This document shows, piece after piece, positions 1 through 9,807 of a DNA stretch of 64,000 nucleotides (position 1 is its first letter; each line of letters begins with the position of its first letter). The stretch is from Acidobacteriota bacterium. Its GTDB lineage: Bacteria; Acidobacteriota; CAIWXX01. The notes beneath the pieces are model-generated. The model had not been told where the DNA came from and searched no databases. It saw only the letters and a program-made list of their open reading frames with translations. The translations under genes were made by a program, and so were the position numbers. The stretch lies in NCBI GenBank assembly GCA_040755995.1, contig JBFMAF010000035.1, forward strand, positions 1 to 64,000, read 5' to 3'.

Positions 1-108
1 GAGCCGGACGCGTCGTCAGCTCCCATCGAATAACAGGTAGATCGCGATCCCGCCAGGGATGCCACCAGATCTGAATTCGAACGGTCTTCCGCGCGATCAG
101 ACTTTTGT

Positions 109-1593
109 ATGCAGTCTGCGGAACGCTGGCCGGAGTCAACTACCAGGTACCCGGGCAACCGGATCGTGTCGGACGCGCCCACAGCGGCGGCATGGATCTA
201 CAGGGACCGCCATGCGTACAACGAGCTGCAGTTCGTGAGCTTCTACGCCGGCGAGACCTTCACGCGGGGCCGTATCACGGCCAATCTCGGTGTCCGCTAC
301 GACAGGCAGACGGGCAGGCAGCTCGCCACGGCCACAGGCGGCACCGCCGACGAGACCCTGCTGCCCAACATGAGCGTGCCGGATATGGATGCTCCGTTCG
401 CGTGGAGCGATTTCTCGCCTCGCCTCGGCATGACCTATGACCTCATGGGCGACGGCAAGACCATACTACGAGGCAGCTTCGCCCGGTACGCCGACCAGCT
501 CAACTCGGGATCCATCGACTTCCTGAGCCCGATCGGACAGGGCGTCAGCGAGATCGACTACCAATGGACCGACCTCAATGGCGACCACATCGCGCAGTAC
601 AACGAGATCGACTTCGCGTTCGGGCCGGTGGGCATCTACTACGTCGATCCGCTGGATCCCACCCGCAGCTACAACGCGGTCGACGGCGATCTGACGGCCC
701 CGAAGCGACTCGAGCTCATCGTAGGCGGCGAACGCGAGGTCATGATGGACTTCTCGGTCGGCGCCAACTACGTCTACCGCAAGGCCGACAATCTGACCTG
801 GAACCCGTTCACCGGCTACAGGAGGCCGAACGACATCCTGAAGATCACGGACTACGTGGCGGCCGGGTCGATCACCGGCACGTTCCCTGACGGAACCGCC
901 TACAGCGTGCCCTACTACAGGATGAGCGACGCACGGCGTGCGGAGTACGGCGCCGGCATCGACCACATCTACACCAACCAGAACGGCTACACCGAGAAGT
1001 ACCAGGGTTTCGAGCTCTTCGCGACCAAGCGACTGAGCAACAAGTGGATGCTCAACGCCTCGTTCAACTACCAGCGCAACCGCGCCTACTACGACGGCAC
1101 GGACGGGATCCAGGATCCCAGCCCGGTCGGCCAGGTATTCAAGGACGGCGAAGATCTGGCGTTCCAGTCGGCGAGCAGCGGAAAGGGCGGTTACTGGATC
1201 GGCACGCCGAAGTGGCAGTTCAACATGAACGGCATGTACCAGTTCCCGTACGGGCTCGGCGCATCGGCCAACCTGCTCACGCGCGAGGGCTTCCCGATCG
1301 TCTACTTCCGCCCCCGCTATTACGTGGATCCGGGCGTGACGGAGAAGGATGTCCGGGCCCAGCTCATCGGCGATTTGCGGCTGCCGAACATGATGGAACT
1401 GGATGTCCGCGTTTCCAAGGCCATCTCGCTCGGCGACAAGGGCAACATCAACCTCGACCTGGACGTCTTCAACATCATGAACAAGAGCACGGTGCTGCAT
1501 GTCCAGGAGGCATTGAACGCATCGAGTGTGGATGAGGTGCAGGACCTGATGTACCCGAGAACCGTCAGGTTCGGCATCCGGTACTCTTTCTGA
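109..1593 (+). pseudogene. TonB-dependent receptor (Acidobacteria-type), C-terminal beta-barrel only; 5' part missing
   Basis: Barrel motifs (ITANLGVRYD, FSPRLGMTYDL, DVFNIMN, terminal PRTVRFGIRYSF). In-frame TAA at 31-33 excludes upstream continuation; no plug or signal peptide. Confidence 0.75.
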
Positions 1594-1612
1594 TCGTCCA
1601 GCCTCCTCCAAC

Positions 1613-1654
1613 AAACCGTCCCGGGCCTCGCGGCCCGGGGCGGTTTTCTTTCTT
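1613..1654 (+). terminator. Rho-independent terminator
   Basis: AAACCGTCCCGGGCC-TCGC-GGCCCGGGGCGGTTT stem-loop with T-rich tail, 20 nt after the receptor stop. Confidence 0.9.
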
Positions 1655-1819
1655 CTCTCAGCGCTGCCAGGGTCGAAACGTACGTCCGCTACATGTCGTG
1701 GCCGTCGTGGGAGGCAGTCTGCGTCGAGAGGGCGCGGTCCACAATCCAGGAACCGTACAATCGCCGGTGGAGATTCCGACCAGTCTCCGGGCGAGGAGCG
1801 CTACGTTGAATAGAGGCAA

Positions 1820-1905
1820 TGCCGGGGGAGGGGATCGAACCCTCACGGGCCTTGCGGCCCAAGGGATTTTAAGTCCCTTGCGTCTGCCTGTTCCGCCACC
1901 CCGGC
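1820..1905 (-). tRNA. tRNA-Leu (anticodon TAA), CCA not encoded
   Basis: Reverse complement GCCGGGGTGGCGGAACAGGCAGACGCAAGGGACTTAAAATCCCTTGGGCCGCAAGGCCCGTGAGGGTTCGATCCCCTCCCCCGGCA folds as a cloverleaf with long variable arm and GTTCGA T-loop. Confidence 0.96.
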
Positions 1906-1948
1906 ATGGATGCTTCCGAGGGGATCGACCTGCGAGACCTGGAGGCTG

Positions 1949-3463
1949 CTACCGCCTTACTACGTTGCCGGCGGCGTTGTGGGAAACCTCGTTCTTTTCG
2001 AGCTTCGGGTCGGCCAGGACCGAGATCAGAATCCCGGCGCCGCGGCCATGGTGAACTCTGTTGTTCGCAAACCGCCCCTTGACTCCATCGCGCATCTCTA
2101 CCACCGCCCCGTCTCGCGCGCAGCATAAGTCGAGCCCCTCCACACTCGCAGAGCCCGCCGTGATCAACAGGCCGGTGCCCCCCGAGAAATCCACGTGCGT
2201 TACATCCGGGCCCGCACCGCGGAGCGCTACGTCCCTCTGAATCGCGATCCCGGTCTCCGAATAAGTGCCCGGTCCGACCCAGATCTCCTCGCCGTCCATG
2301 GCTGCGTCGCACGCCACGCGGATGCTCAGGTAGCTCGTCTTCGTCGCCGGCCTGAAGATGATGTGGTTGGGCAGCTCAAGCGGCGACGTGTAGCCGCCAA
2401 CAGGGGCCGCGACGGCCGTCTGCTCGGGCATCACCACCGGCTCCACGGCAGGCTCTGCCGGCACAGCGGTAGGCGAGCCGGCGCTCCCGGCGGGCACAGG
2501 CGGCGCCGGCGACGACGCGACCGGCGGCAGCCCCTCGCGAGCCGGACGCATCGACAGGAACCCGACTCCAACGAGTATCCCCACAATGGCGATCGCCGCG
2601 AATGACACAACCACGACCTTGTTGGTGCTCTTCCCCGGCGGGGGAACGACGCCACTGGTGTCGCCTGCAGGACTGGCAGGCATTGGCTGTGTTGCGCTCT
2701 CCGTTGCAACCGCAACCTGCTGCTTCCGCGCCGCGGTGGTGTAGATGGTACTGACGGCGGTGTAGTTGTCGTTGACACCGGTGGCCCGTTCAAGCACTCT
2801 GCCTTCCATGAGTGCCAGCCATTCCTTCGGCGTGCCCGTCTTCGCCAGGTCTTCTTCCATCTCGCTCTCGGTCACGTAGTCCCAGAACCCATCAGTGCAC
2901 AACAGGAACGCATCGCCTTCCTGAAGCTCACACGGAGATTCCGGAATCACCGGGCGAAGCTCTTCTTCTCTCCCGAGGCAGCGCAACAGGCGATTTCGAT
3001 CCGGGTGACGTCGAATTTGCTCGACCGTTATCTCCCCGGCGTCCACCAACGCCTGAGGCACGCTGTGGTCCTTCGTCTGATGAACGATGCGCCCTCCGCG
3101 TATATGGTAGAGCCGCGTATCCCCCAGATGCGCCCAGAGCGCCCGCGTCCCGTCTGAGACCAGGATCACGATCGTCGTTCTCATGTTGACAAGCGACGGC
3201 TCTTCGGCCTGCCGCTTCAGCAGCCCGTTTTGCGCCGCCATCACTAGCCGGTCCAGAGCCGCCGCCGAGAGCTCCGGGCCCTCGCGGAACGAATCGAGGA
3301 CCGCATCCACTGCGATCTTGGACGCGATGTCTCCGCCGCCGTGTCCTCCCAGTCCGTCCGCAGCCACGAAGCACGAGCTGGAATCTACCTCGACGTGCCC
3401 GCAGTAGTCCTCGTTGACCTTACGGCCGCCTACTCGCGTGATGCTTGCGGTCTCGAACGGCAT
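1949..3463 (-). CDS. PP2C/PrpC-type Ser/Thr phosphatase with TM helix and C-terminal beta-helix-like domain
   Basis: GGRKVNED, AADGLGGHGGG, HLGDTR, LCTDG and DNYT motifs; TM segment VVVVSFAAIAIVGILVGVGFL; Pro-rich linker; IWVGPGTYSE/IxxNxxxxN beta-helix pattern. Confidence 0.85.
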   Translation of the reverse strand: MPFETASITRVGGRKVNEDYCGHVEVDSSSCFVAADGLGGHGGGDIASKIAVDAVLDSFREGPELSAAALDRLVMAAQNGLLKRQAEEPSLVNMRTTIVILVSDGTRALWAHLGDTRLYHIRGGRIVHQTKDHSVPQALVDAGEITVEQIRRHPDRNRLLRCLGREEELRPVIPESPCELQEGDAFLLCTDGFWDYVTESEMEEDLAKTGTPKEWLALMEGRVLERATGVNDNYTAVSTIYTTAARKQQVAVATESATQPMPASPAGDTSGVVPPPGKSTNKVVVVSFAAIAIVGILVGVGFLSMRPAREGLPPVASSPAPPVPAGSAGSPTAVPAEPAVEPVVMPEQTAVAAPVGGYTSPLELPNHIIFRPATKTSYLSIRVACDAAMDGEEIWVGPGTYSETGIAIQRDVALRGAGPDVTHVDFSGGTGLLITAGSASVEGLDLCCARDGAVVEMRDGVKGRFANNRVHHGRGAGILISVLADPKLEKNEVSHNAAGNVVRR

Positions 3464-3803
3464 GATCTATGGCCCTGGTCTTCTGATCGGCCCAGTGGAG
3501 GTCGATCGAGGCACGTCTGCGGAATCCGTCCCGCGCCGGCTGCAAGCCGTAATACTTCCACACAGGTAGAGCCCAGTTGCCAATCTAGATCTCCCGACGT
3601 CCCGGATCAGCGTGATGCCGGTCAAAAGCTCGCTCCTCGTTCGCGTGATTTATACTAGGCCCGCAGGCCGCTGTCAATTCCGACCAGGGGCCGGAGCTCA
3701 CACGCTTGTCCGGATTCGGCGGCCGTCCCATTTGCCCCTCGCGCACAACCCGTGCTATTGTCCCGTCCCTCGTGATGGAAGCAATCGGTGTCCCTGCCCT
3801 GGA

Positions 3804-4433
3804 ATGGTTGCCCGCAGCGTGAACAAGATCGTCCTGCTTTTCAAGACCTACCTGCTGCCTCTCGGCGCCGTCGGCATCTTCTCGATGACATTCCTCGATT
3901 CTACGTTCGTCCCGATGCCGCAGTTCATGGACCTGACGTTCATTGGCTTCTGCCTGGCGCGCCGCTCGATGATTCCAATCTACTGCCTCGCCGCCACATT
4001 GGGCTCGGTCGCCGGCTGCTTTCTCCTGTTCAGCTTCTCCCGGCGGGGTTCCAAGTTCGTGCGGTCGCGGCTGGGGCGGAGCCGCAAGGTCTTCGATGCA
4101 ATCGGGCGCCACGGAGCCACTGCACTCCTCGTCGCCTCGCTGATGCCTCCGCCGTTTCCCTTCAAGCTCTTCATCATCGCCGCCGGCATGTTCCCGATTT
4201 CGCCGATTCGCCTGATCCTGGCGCTGGCGCTGGGGCGCGGTTTCCGTTTCGTCTTCGAGGGGACCTTGGCCTACCTGTACGGCGATCTGGTGATCGAATA
4301 CATGCGGAAGGACTTCGCGCGAATGTCGCTCATCCTCGCTGGGATCATTCTGCTCGTCACGATCGCCTCGTACTTGGCGAAGAGGCGCTTTCTGCGCGAG
4401 GAGGCGGCGGGCGAATCCGGCTCTCAGAGGTAG
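3804..4433 (+). CDS. DedA/VTT (YqaA-like) membrane protein
   Basis: FLDSTFVPMP, ATLGSVAG, LMPPPFPFKLFIIAAG, LGRGFRF; start approximate. Confidence 0.8.
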   Translation: MVARSVNKIVLLFKTYLLPLGAVGIFSMTFLDSTFVPMPQFMDLTFIGFCLARRSMIPIYCLAATLGSVAGCFLLFSFSRRGSKFVRSRLGRSRKVFDAIGRHGATALLVASLMPPPFPFKLFIIAAGMFPISPIRLILALALGRGFRFVFEGTLAYLYGDLVIEYMRKDFARMSLILAGIILLVTIASYLAKRRFLREEAAGESGSQR

Positions 4434-5749
4434 CCGAGGGCCCGCAGCTTCTCCTGATCCTCCGGCGACAGCTCCTCCTCTCGAGCGAAATCGACAGAGA
4501 GCGAGAACTTGCGCAGCTCCGCAAGCAACGCATCGAAATCCGCCTGATGCTCCACCATCCCATGCAGGTTCTGCAGCTCGCCGGGGTCCTTTCGCAGATC
4601 GAAGAACTCGAACGACTCGGGCTTCGGCGAGTAGATGAGCTTCCTCCCGTGCTTGATGACGGCGAATAGCGGCCCCTCACTGCCCATGGGAGACAGCGTC
4701 TCCGCATAACATACTCGGCCTTCCTCGCGCCCTTCGATCGCCGGCCTCAGGCTGGCACCGTCTAGCCCCTGCGGAATAGGCAGGCCGTTGGATTCGAGCA
4801 GCGTCGGGAGCAGGTCTACGGTCCTCACTTCGGCCGCGACCCGTACGCCGCGCTCGAAGCCCGCGCCCCACAGAATCAGAGGCACCCGCAGCTGTTCCTG
4901 ATAGATCCGCCCCGTATGCCTCTCGTAGCCGTGGTCGCCGAGACCGTCTCCGTGATCCGAGAGAATGGCCACCTGGAACCTACGCAATGGGAAGAGCGGC
5001 TCGATATCGTCGAATAGCGTCTTCAGCAAGTGATCAAGGTACGCGATCTCGGCATCGTATTGCGTATGCCGGCGTTTCTCTTTCTTCCGCGCAGGGAATG
5101 TGTGCCGGAACTCCTCGGGTGGGAGCAGTATGGAGTCGTGCGCATCGAAGAGGTGCACCCAGACGAAGAATCTACGAGGCCGCTCGCGCTTGAACCAGCC
5201 GAGAAACCGATCAAGCGTCTCCTGTCCGCCCCGCTGGTTCTCCTTCACCAGCACGAAACCATCAGGCGTCATCGCGGTCTTCTCGTTCTTAAGCAGGTCG
5301 TCGTCGTAGACACCGAAGCCTCGATTCAGACCGTACCGCTTCGCATCCAATGGAAAGGCGCTCACAAATGCCGCCGTCTTGTAGCCGGCCTGGCTGAAGA
5401 GCGTGGCCGCCGTCGGAACGTCCTCGCGCAGTCGATGAGCCTCGAAACCGTGGATAAAACGCAGCCCGTTGTGCGGCGGATACAGGCCCGTCAGTAACGC
5501 CGCGTGCGTGACCGGCGTGTTCGACGACGCGGCAATTGCATTCTCGAAAAGAGTACCCTGGGCAGCGAGCGAATCGATGAACGGGGTCGTCTGGCGGTCA
5601 TACCCGTAGCATGACAGATGATCCGCTCGGACCGCGTCCAGCGTGACCAGCAGAACACCACGCCGATCATCCATCGGCCGGACGACGGCGAACGTGACCG
5701 CTGCGGCGAGCACGGCTCCCGCCGCAATCCACCACCATCCGCGCTTCAT
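4424..5749 (-). CDS. Sulfatase-like alkaline phosphatase superfamily hydrolase, exported
   Basis: LVTLDAVRADHL, TPVTHAALLTG, WVHLFDAH, LSDHGD, LRVPLI, terminal LRALGYL; N-terminal hydrophobic segment. Confidence 0.88.
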   Translation of the reverse strand: MKRGWWWIAAGAVLAAAVTFAVVRPMDDRRGVLLVTLDAVRADHLSCYGYDRQTTPFIDSLAAQGTLFENAIAASSNTPVTHAALLTGLYPPHNGLRFIHGFEAHRLREDVPTAATLFSQAGYKTAAFVSAFPLDAKRYGLNRGFGVYDDDLLKNEKTAMTPDGFVLVKENQRGGQETLDRFLGWFKRERPRRFFVWVHLFDAHDSILLPPEEFRHTFPARKKEKRRHTQYDAEIAYLDHLLKTLFDDIEPLFPLRRFQVAILSDHGDGLGDHGYERHTGRIYQEQLRVPLILWGAGFERGVRVAAEVRTVDLLPTLLESNGLPIPQGLDGASLRPAIEGREEGRVCYAETLSPMGSEGPLFAVIKHGRKLIYSPKPESFEFFDLRKDPGELQNLHGMVEHQADFDALLAELRKFSLSVDFAREEELSPEDQEKLRALGYL

Positions 5750-5926
5750 TTCGTCTGTCCTGCCGAGGGCATATTCTACAGAGCGCGTCACGCGGGGACA
5801 ACAGGCCAAGGAGGCGTGGCCTCAGGCCGATGAGTCGCGATCTCCTCCGACGTACCCACACGCGGACCCGGCGGGCCTCGGGTACGGATTCAGGCCGATG
5901 GCGCGCCGCTCCACCGGCCCGATCGC

Positions 5927-5955
5927 TTGACACGCCGGATCAGGCAGCGGATATT
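5927..5955 (+). promoter_or_regulatory. Putative sigma70 promoter of the corrinoid operon
   Basis: TTGACA-17 nt-GATATT, then AGGAG RBS before ATG 5976. Confidence 0.55.
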
Positions 5956-5975
5956 AGACCCGTCAGGAGAGTGAT

Positions 5976-6617
5976 ATGTCAGAGGTGAGCTTCGCTGAGA
6001 TGAAGAAGGCCGTCGTGGACGGCGAGGTGGACCGGGCGCGCGCGCTCGCACAGGCGGCAGTGGACTCCGACACGGACCTGATCGCCGCCATCGACCAGGG
6101 GTTTGCCGCCGGGATACGGGCCGTGGGCGATCTCTGGGAGGAGGGCGAGTACTTCTTGCCCGAGCTGGTCCAGGGCGCCGAGGCCATGAAGGCAGCCATG
6201 GCGGTGATCAACCCGGCTCTGGCGGCTCGGCGCAGCGCGCAGAAACCCAAAGGACGCGTCGTGATCGGCACGGTGCACGGAGATCTCCACGACATCGGCA
6301 AGACGCTCGTGGCAACTCTGCTGAGCGCGAACGGGTTCGAGGTGTACGATCTCGGCAACGACGTGCCTGTCGACACGTTCGTGGACAAGGCGAAGGAGGT
6401 CGACGCGAACATCCTGGCCGCCTCAGCGCTCCTGACCACCACCATGCCCATCCAGCGAACCCTCGTGGAGACCGTCGCGGCTCGCGGGATGAGCGGCAGG
6501 CTGCGCGTCATGGTGGGCGGCTCGGCCACCACCCAGGGCTGGGCCGACGAGATCGGCGCCTCGTACGCCGAGAACGCACTCCGCGCCGTCACCGTGGCCG
6601 AGAGGCTCTCGTCGTGA
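5976..6617 (+). CDS. Cobalamin-binding corrinoid protein (MttC/MtgC-like)
   Basis: Cap domain (GEYFLPELV) plus GDLHDIGK B12 motif, SALLTTT, VMVGG. Confidence 0.93.
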   Translation: MSEVSFAEMKKAVVDGEVDRARALAQAAVDSDTDLIAAIDQGFAAGIRAVGDLWEEGEYFLPELVQGAEAMKAAMAVINPALAARRSAQKPKGRVVIGTVHGDLHDIGKTLVATLLSANGFEVYDLGNDVPVDTFVDKAKEVDANILAASALLTTTMPIQRTLVETVAARGMSGRLRVMVGGSATTQGWADEIGASYAENALRAVTVAERLSS

Positions 6618-7510
6618 GCGCGTTCCTCGACAGGCTCAGGTCCGGCCCGCCGCTCGTGCTCGACGGCGGATTCGGCAGCATGTTGATCGCCCGAGGCCTT
6701 CCACGCGGAACTCCGCCCGATCGCTGGAACCTCGATCGCCCCGGCGACGTTGCGGCCGTCCATCGCGCCTACGTCGAGGCCGGCAGCGATGCCGTGCACA
6801 CGAACACCTTCGGCGCCAACCGGATCAGGCTAGAGCGGTTCGGCCTTGCAGATCGCTGTCTTGAGATCAATGAAGCAGCCGTCCGAATAGCGCGCGAGGC
6901 GCGCCCCAGCTTCGTCATCGGCGACGTCGGCCCGACCGGCGAGTACCTGCCGCCCGTGGGCCACGCCGACCCGGCCGCGTGGCCCGAGTGCTTCGAAGCC
7001 CAGGGGCAGGCGCTGTCGGCGGCCGGTGTGGACGCGATGCACGTCGAAACCGCCAGCGATCTGCGCGAGGCGCTCGCGGCCCTCGCCGCGCTCCGCCGAG
7101 CGGCTCCAGCCACACCGATCATGGTGTCGATGACGTTCGAGCGCAAGAAACGCGGCTTCTTCACCATCATGGGCAACTCGCTGATCGACTCGCTCAGGAC
7201 TCTGGCCGAAGCCGGGGCGGCAGCAGTTGGAGCCAACTGCAGCATCGCCAGCCCTGACATGCGTGCGTTGGCCGAGGAAGCCGTGAGAGCCCTGAATGTG
7301 CCGCTCGTGATCCAGCCCAATGCGGGCCAGCCCGAGGTCAGCGGCGAGACGGTACGATACGCGCAGACGCCGGAGTCGTTCGCCGGCGATGTCGCGGCGA
7401 TCGCCGCGCTGGGCGTGCGCGCCGTCGGAGGCTGCTGCGGCACAGATCCCCGATTCATCGCCGCGCTCCGCTCGCGCCTCAACCAGGCACAAGATACCAA
7501 GCAGGCATAG
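6614..7510 (+). CDS. Homocysteine S-methyltransferase (stand-alone Hcy-binding domain of MetH)
   Basis: LDGGFG, HRAYVEAG, TNTFGAN, GANC, PNAG, GGCCGT zinc ligands; GTGA overlap with upstream gene. Confidence 0.92.
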   Translation: MSAFLDRLRSGPPLVLDGGFGSMLIARGLPRGTPPDRWNLDRPGDVAAVHRAYVEAGSDAVHTNTFGANRIRLERFGLADRCLEINEAAVRIAREARPSFVIGDVGPTGEYLPPVGHADPAAWPECFEAQGQALSAAGVDAMHVETASDLREALAALAALRRAAPATPIMVSMTFERKKRGFFTIMGNSLIDSLRTLAEAGAAAVGANCSIASPDMRALAEEAVRALNVPLVIQPNAGQPEVSGETVRYAQTPESFAGDVAAIAALGVRAVGGCCGTDPRFIAALRSRLNQAQDTKQA

Positions 7511-8310
7511 TGCATCCATCGCGTTCCCATCCGGAGACGCCGGCGATATCGCGCAGGCAGCCCAGGGGCCGGCCTGCCTCCACAGTCGGCCGTTCGCTCA
7601 GGAACGGCCGCTCAGTTCTGAGCAGGGATGTTCTGCGGCGGGCGGGCCACGTGCTGTCGCTCGACGTCAACATCCGGCGCGAAGATGTTCTGCATTTCCT
7701 CGGGTACCCGCGCGAGCGGCCTCCGGCGCCGCGCATGCAATCGCTCCTCGATGCCGCAATCGCCGAGGCGCAGCGGCTGGTGCGGCCAGCTGGGGTTTTC
7801 CGCGAGCTGCGCGTGGCCGCATCTTCGGAGATCGGACTGCGAGCCGAGAAGGCCGAAGGCCTGTTGATCGGTCTCGTGACCATAGGGCCGGGTATCGAAG
7901 ATCGCGTCACTCGCCTGCTTCGCGACGGCAACATGACCCGCGCCCTGATCGTCGACGCCTGCGGCAGCGCCGCAGCCGAGACTGCCGCCGACTGCCTCGG
8001 CGCGCTCATCGTCGGGGAGACCGTCGGGGACGCGGCCCAGGTGTCTTGCCGCGTAAGCCCGGGCTACGGCCGGTGGCCGTTGAGCGCGCAACGGGCGCTC
8101 TTCGATCTCCTCCCCCACCGCGAGCTCGGCGTGTCGCTCAGACAGTCGATGATGATGATTCCGAGAAAGTCCATTTCATTCGCCATGTGGCTGGGCGCCT
8201 CGGCGCGGCCGCTGGCAGGTCTCTCAGGCTGCGCCCGGTGCGGCCTTGCACACTGCCGTTATCGGCGCAGCGGTCCGGAGAGCCATCATACGAAGGAGAG
8301 CCGTTCATGA
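7510..8310 (+). CDS. Methionine synthase reactivation-domain-like protein
   Basis: VTIGPGIE, DACGSAAAE, RVSPGYG, MMIPRKSIS and C-terminal CxxC-x4-C-x-YR; true start may be downstream (~7651). Confidence 0.82.
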   Translation: MHPSRSHPETPAISRRQPRGRPASTVGRSLRNGRSVLSRDVLRRAGHVLSLDVNIRREDVLHFLGYPRERPPAPRMQSLLDAAIAEAQRLVRPAGVFRELRVAASSEIGLRAEKAEGLLIGLVTIGPGIEDRVTRLLRDGNMTRALIVDACGSAAAETAADCLGALIVGETVGDAAQVSCRVSPGYGRWPLSAQRALFDLLPHRELGVSLRQSMMMIPRKSISFAMWLGASARPLAGLSGCARCGLAHCRYRRSGPESHHTKESRS

Positions 8311-9764
8311 GCACTGGAATCCGACCGACCTTGAGGCTGTTACCCCAGAGCGAGATGGATGTGATTGTTGGCGAAGCGTGCCGCATCCTGGACAAGGCCG
8401 GGGTGCTGGTGGAGAACTCGGAGGCCCGGCAGCTGCTGCTCGAAGCGGGCAGCGCCGAGCGGGACGGGCGCGTCTGCATTCCGGAAAAGGCCGTGCGCTG
8501 GGCGCTCGGCCAGGTGCCCACGCGTATTCTCGTGTTCGACCGCGACGGCGAGCGCGCGATGGACCTGGGCGGTGACCGCGTCCACTTCGATCCGGGGTCG
8601 GCTGCGATCCACATATTCGACACCAAGCTCGGGAAGCGACGGGAAGTGACGACGAGAGACGCGGTGGACCTGGTCCGTCTTGTCGAGTCGCTCCCGAACT
8701 ACGCCGCGCAGTCGACGGCGCTCGCGCCCGGCGACATCCCCAAGGACGCCGCGGACCGGTATCGGCTCTACCTGGTCCTGAAGAACGGGCGGAAGCCGGT
8801 GGTCACCGGCACGTTCCGCAAGGACGGGTTCGGTCCGATGCGCGACATGCTCGTGGCGGTGCGGGGGAGCGAGGAGGAGCTGAGGAGGTCGCCGCTGGCG
8901 ATCTTCGACTGCTGCCCGAGCCCGCCGCTGAAGTGGAGCGACCTCACGTGCCAGGCGCTGCTCGACTGCGCGCGCGCCGGGATCCCGGCCGAGCTCGTGT
9001 CGATGCCGCTCACCGGCGCGACATCGCCCGTGACGTTGCGCGAGGCTGTGGTGCAGCACTGCGCCGAGAATCTGTCTGGGATCGCGATACATCAACTCGC
9101 GGCCCCCGGGGCTCCGATCATCTACGGCGGGTCGCCCGCCGCGTTCGACATGCGGCATGGGACCACACCGATGGGCGCGGTAGAGACGATGATGATCGAC
9201 GTGGCGTACGCGCAGGTGGGGAAGCACCTTGGAGTGCCCACGCACGCTTACATGGCTCTGTCCGACTCGAAGTGTCCCGACTACCAGGCGGGTCTGGAGA
9301 CAGGCATCGGCGCGGTCATGGCGGCTCTGGCCGGCATCAACGTCGTTTCGGGGCCGGGCATGCTGGATTTCGAAATGTGCCAGAGCTTCGAGAAGATACT
9401 TCTGGATCACGACGCATGCTCGATGGCGCTGCGCCTGGTGCGCGGGATCGAGAAACGCGAGGGGGACGCCGTGGAGCTCATCCACGCGGTGGTGCAGGCG
9501 TCCGAGTTCTTGTCTCACCCGCATACGCGGAAGCACTGGCGCGAGGAGCTTTCGGTGCCGTCGCGGATGATCTCGCGAGAGACGTACGGCGACTGGGAGC
9601 GCAACGGAGCGCAGTTTGCCCACCAGGTGGCTTCTGCGGAAGTCGCACGGATCTTGAGCAAGCCGGCGATTCAGGGGCTCCCGCCCGAGGTGTGCTCTAC
9701 GCTGGATCGGATCATGCTCGCAGAGGCGAAGCGGTACGGAGCGAGCGGGCTGCCGGCGGCCTAG
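8307..9764 (+). CDS. mttB: Trimethylamine methyltransferase family protein (MttB superfamily, non-pyrrolysine)
   Basis: SPPLKW, GATSPVTL, PGAPIIYGGS, LSDSKCPDYQAGLE, GPGML motifs; AAGGAG RBS and ATGA overlap at 8307. Confidence 0.9.
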   Translation: MSTGIRPTLRLLPQSEMDVIVGEACRILDKAGVLVENSEARQLLLEAGSAERDGRVCIPEKAVRWALGQVPTRILVFDRDGERAMDLGGDRVHFDPGSAAIHIFDTKLGKRREVTTRDAVDLVRLVESLPNYAAQSTALAPGDIPKDAADRYRLYLVLKNGRKPVVTGTFRKDGFGPMRDMLVAVRGSEEELRRSPLAIFDCCPSPPLKWSDLTCQALLDCARAGIPAELVSMPLTGATSPVTLREAVVQHCAENLSGIAIHQLAAPGAPIIYGGSPAAFDMRHGTTPMGAVETMMIDVAYAQVGKHLGVPTHAYMALSDSKCPDYQAGLETGIGAVMAALAGINVVSGPGMLDFEMCQSFEKILLDHDACSMALRLVRGIEKREGDAVELIHAVVQASEFLSHPHTRKHWREELSVPSRMISRETYGDWERNGAQFAHQVASAEVARILSKPAIQGLPPEVCSTLDRIMLAEAKRYGASGLPAA

Positions 9765-9807
9765 GGCCGGCGTTATCACCACTGCAGCGGGAGAGGGACA
9801 GGCAGCC

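Noticed and set aside
5750..5975. Cobalamin or SAM riboswitch upstream of the corrinoid operon
   Set aside because: No B12-box or SAM-I core recognised; the predicted promoter leaves only a ~15-nt leader
7320..8306. N-terminal extension of the 814-aa ORF
   Set aside because: It overlaps two real genes in other frames; MttB similarity and the RBS start at 8307
8307..9764. Pyrrolysine recoding in MttB
   Set aside because: No in-frame TAG; the equivalent position is CTG (Leu)
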